From positions 3,658,001-3,722,000 of the forward strand of contig NC_043000.1 of NCBI RefSeq assembly GCF_006345805.1: a DNA stretch of 64,000 nt, read 5' to 3'. Under the pieces are notes generated by a model. The model did not search any database and was not told where the DNA came from. It saw nothing but the letters and a program-made list of their open reading frames with translations. The position numbers and the translations under genes are program-made. This document shows, piece by piece, positions 63,731 to 64,000 of the stretch (the stretch's first letter is position 1; the number at the start of each line of letters is the position of its first letter). Origin of the DNA: Octopus sinensis. Its lineage: Eukaryota.

Positions 63731-64000
63731 TTATTATTATTATCATGATCATCATCATCATCAAATGCATATTAGTATGGATTTGTGGTTTTGAATTGTA
63801 CCCATCACTCTTCTTAGATTGGCTGCCAAGTCATTATTACAACGTACTTGCAGAAATTAAAAAGAAAATATGAAAATAAATTATATTCAATTCAAATTGG
63901 AAATACTGATGCCCTAAGGATTTGGGTATTTTAACAAAAGGAATTAATATTAACTCATTACCTCCTCCTCACCTGAAGTATGTTCCTTCTTACATCAGCC

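Noticed and set aside
63973-64000. Possible minus-strand exon ADVRRNILQ with a CAG|GTGAGG donor at the window edge
   Set aside because: Only 28 nt visible, no acceptor, no recognisable homology; cannot be supported.

Overview
AT-rich, repeat-saturated eukaryotic DNA, most likely from an Octopus genome. This is inferred from the tRNA-derived SINE families and the very high density of (TA)n/(CA)n/(ATT)n microsatellites. I cannot confidently call any host protein-coding exon, so the window looks intronic or intergenic. Almost all supplied ORFs are artefacts of microsatellites or SINEs; the real coding remnants all belong to transposons. Recognisable content: (i) about 40 SINE or SINE-like copies in four families, labelled by me: A = tRNA head with (TAAAAGAG)n tail; B = tRNA head plus CORE-like body with interchangeable tails; C = GC-rich VNTR with an RTE-like (ATG)n tail; D = tRNA-like head with (ATT)n tail. 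(ii) LINE remnants of CR1, RTE, HERO-like and R4/Dong-like type. (iii) Four decayed Tc1/mariner elements (two DD34D mariner, two DD37D maT), plus TA- and TTAA-flanked MITEs. (iv) Three non-autonomous Helitrons. (v) Large simple repeats, including a 1.8-kb (ATT)-based array with a ~66-bp higher-order period. The most interesting signal is a canonical minimal type-I hammerhead ribozyme (33779-33820, minus strand). It sits inside a CpG-rich, highly structured 359-bp unit with 52-bp terminal redundancy, consistent with a retrozyme or a Penelope pseudo-LTR. A second family of (TA)n-associated elements carries variant or decayed hammerheads (43451-43485, 44912-44949). Boundaries were read by eye and are approximate unless a TSD or TIR is given.
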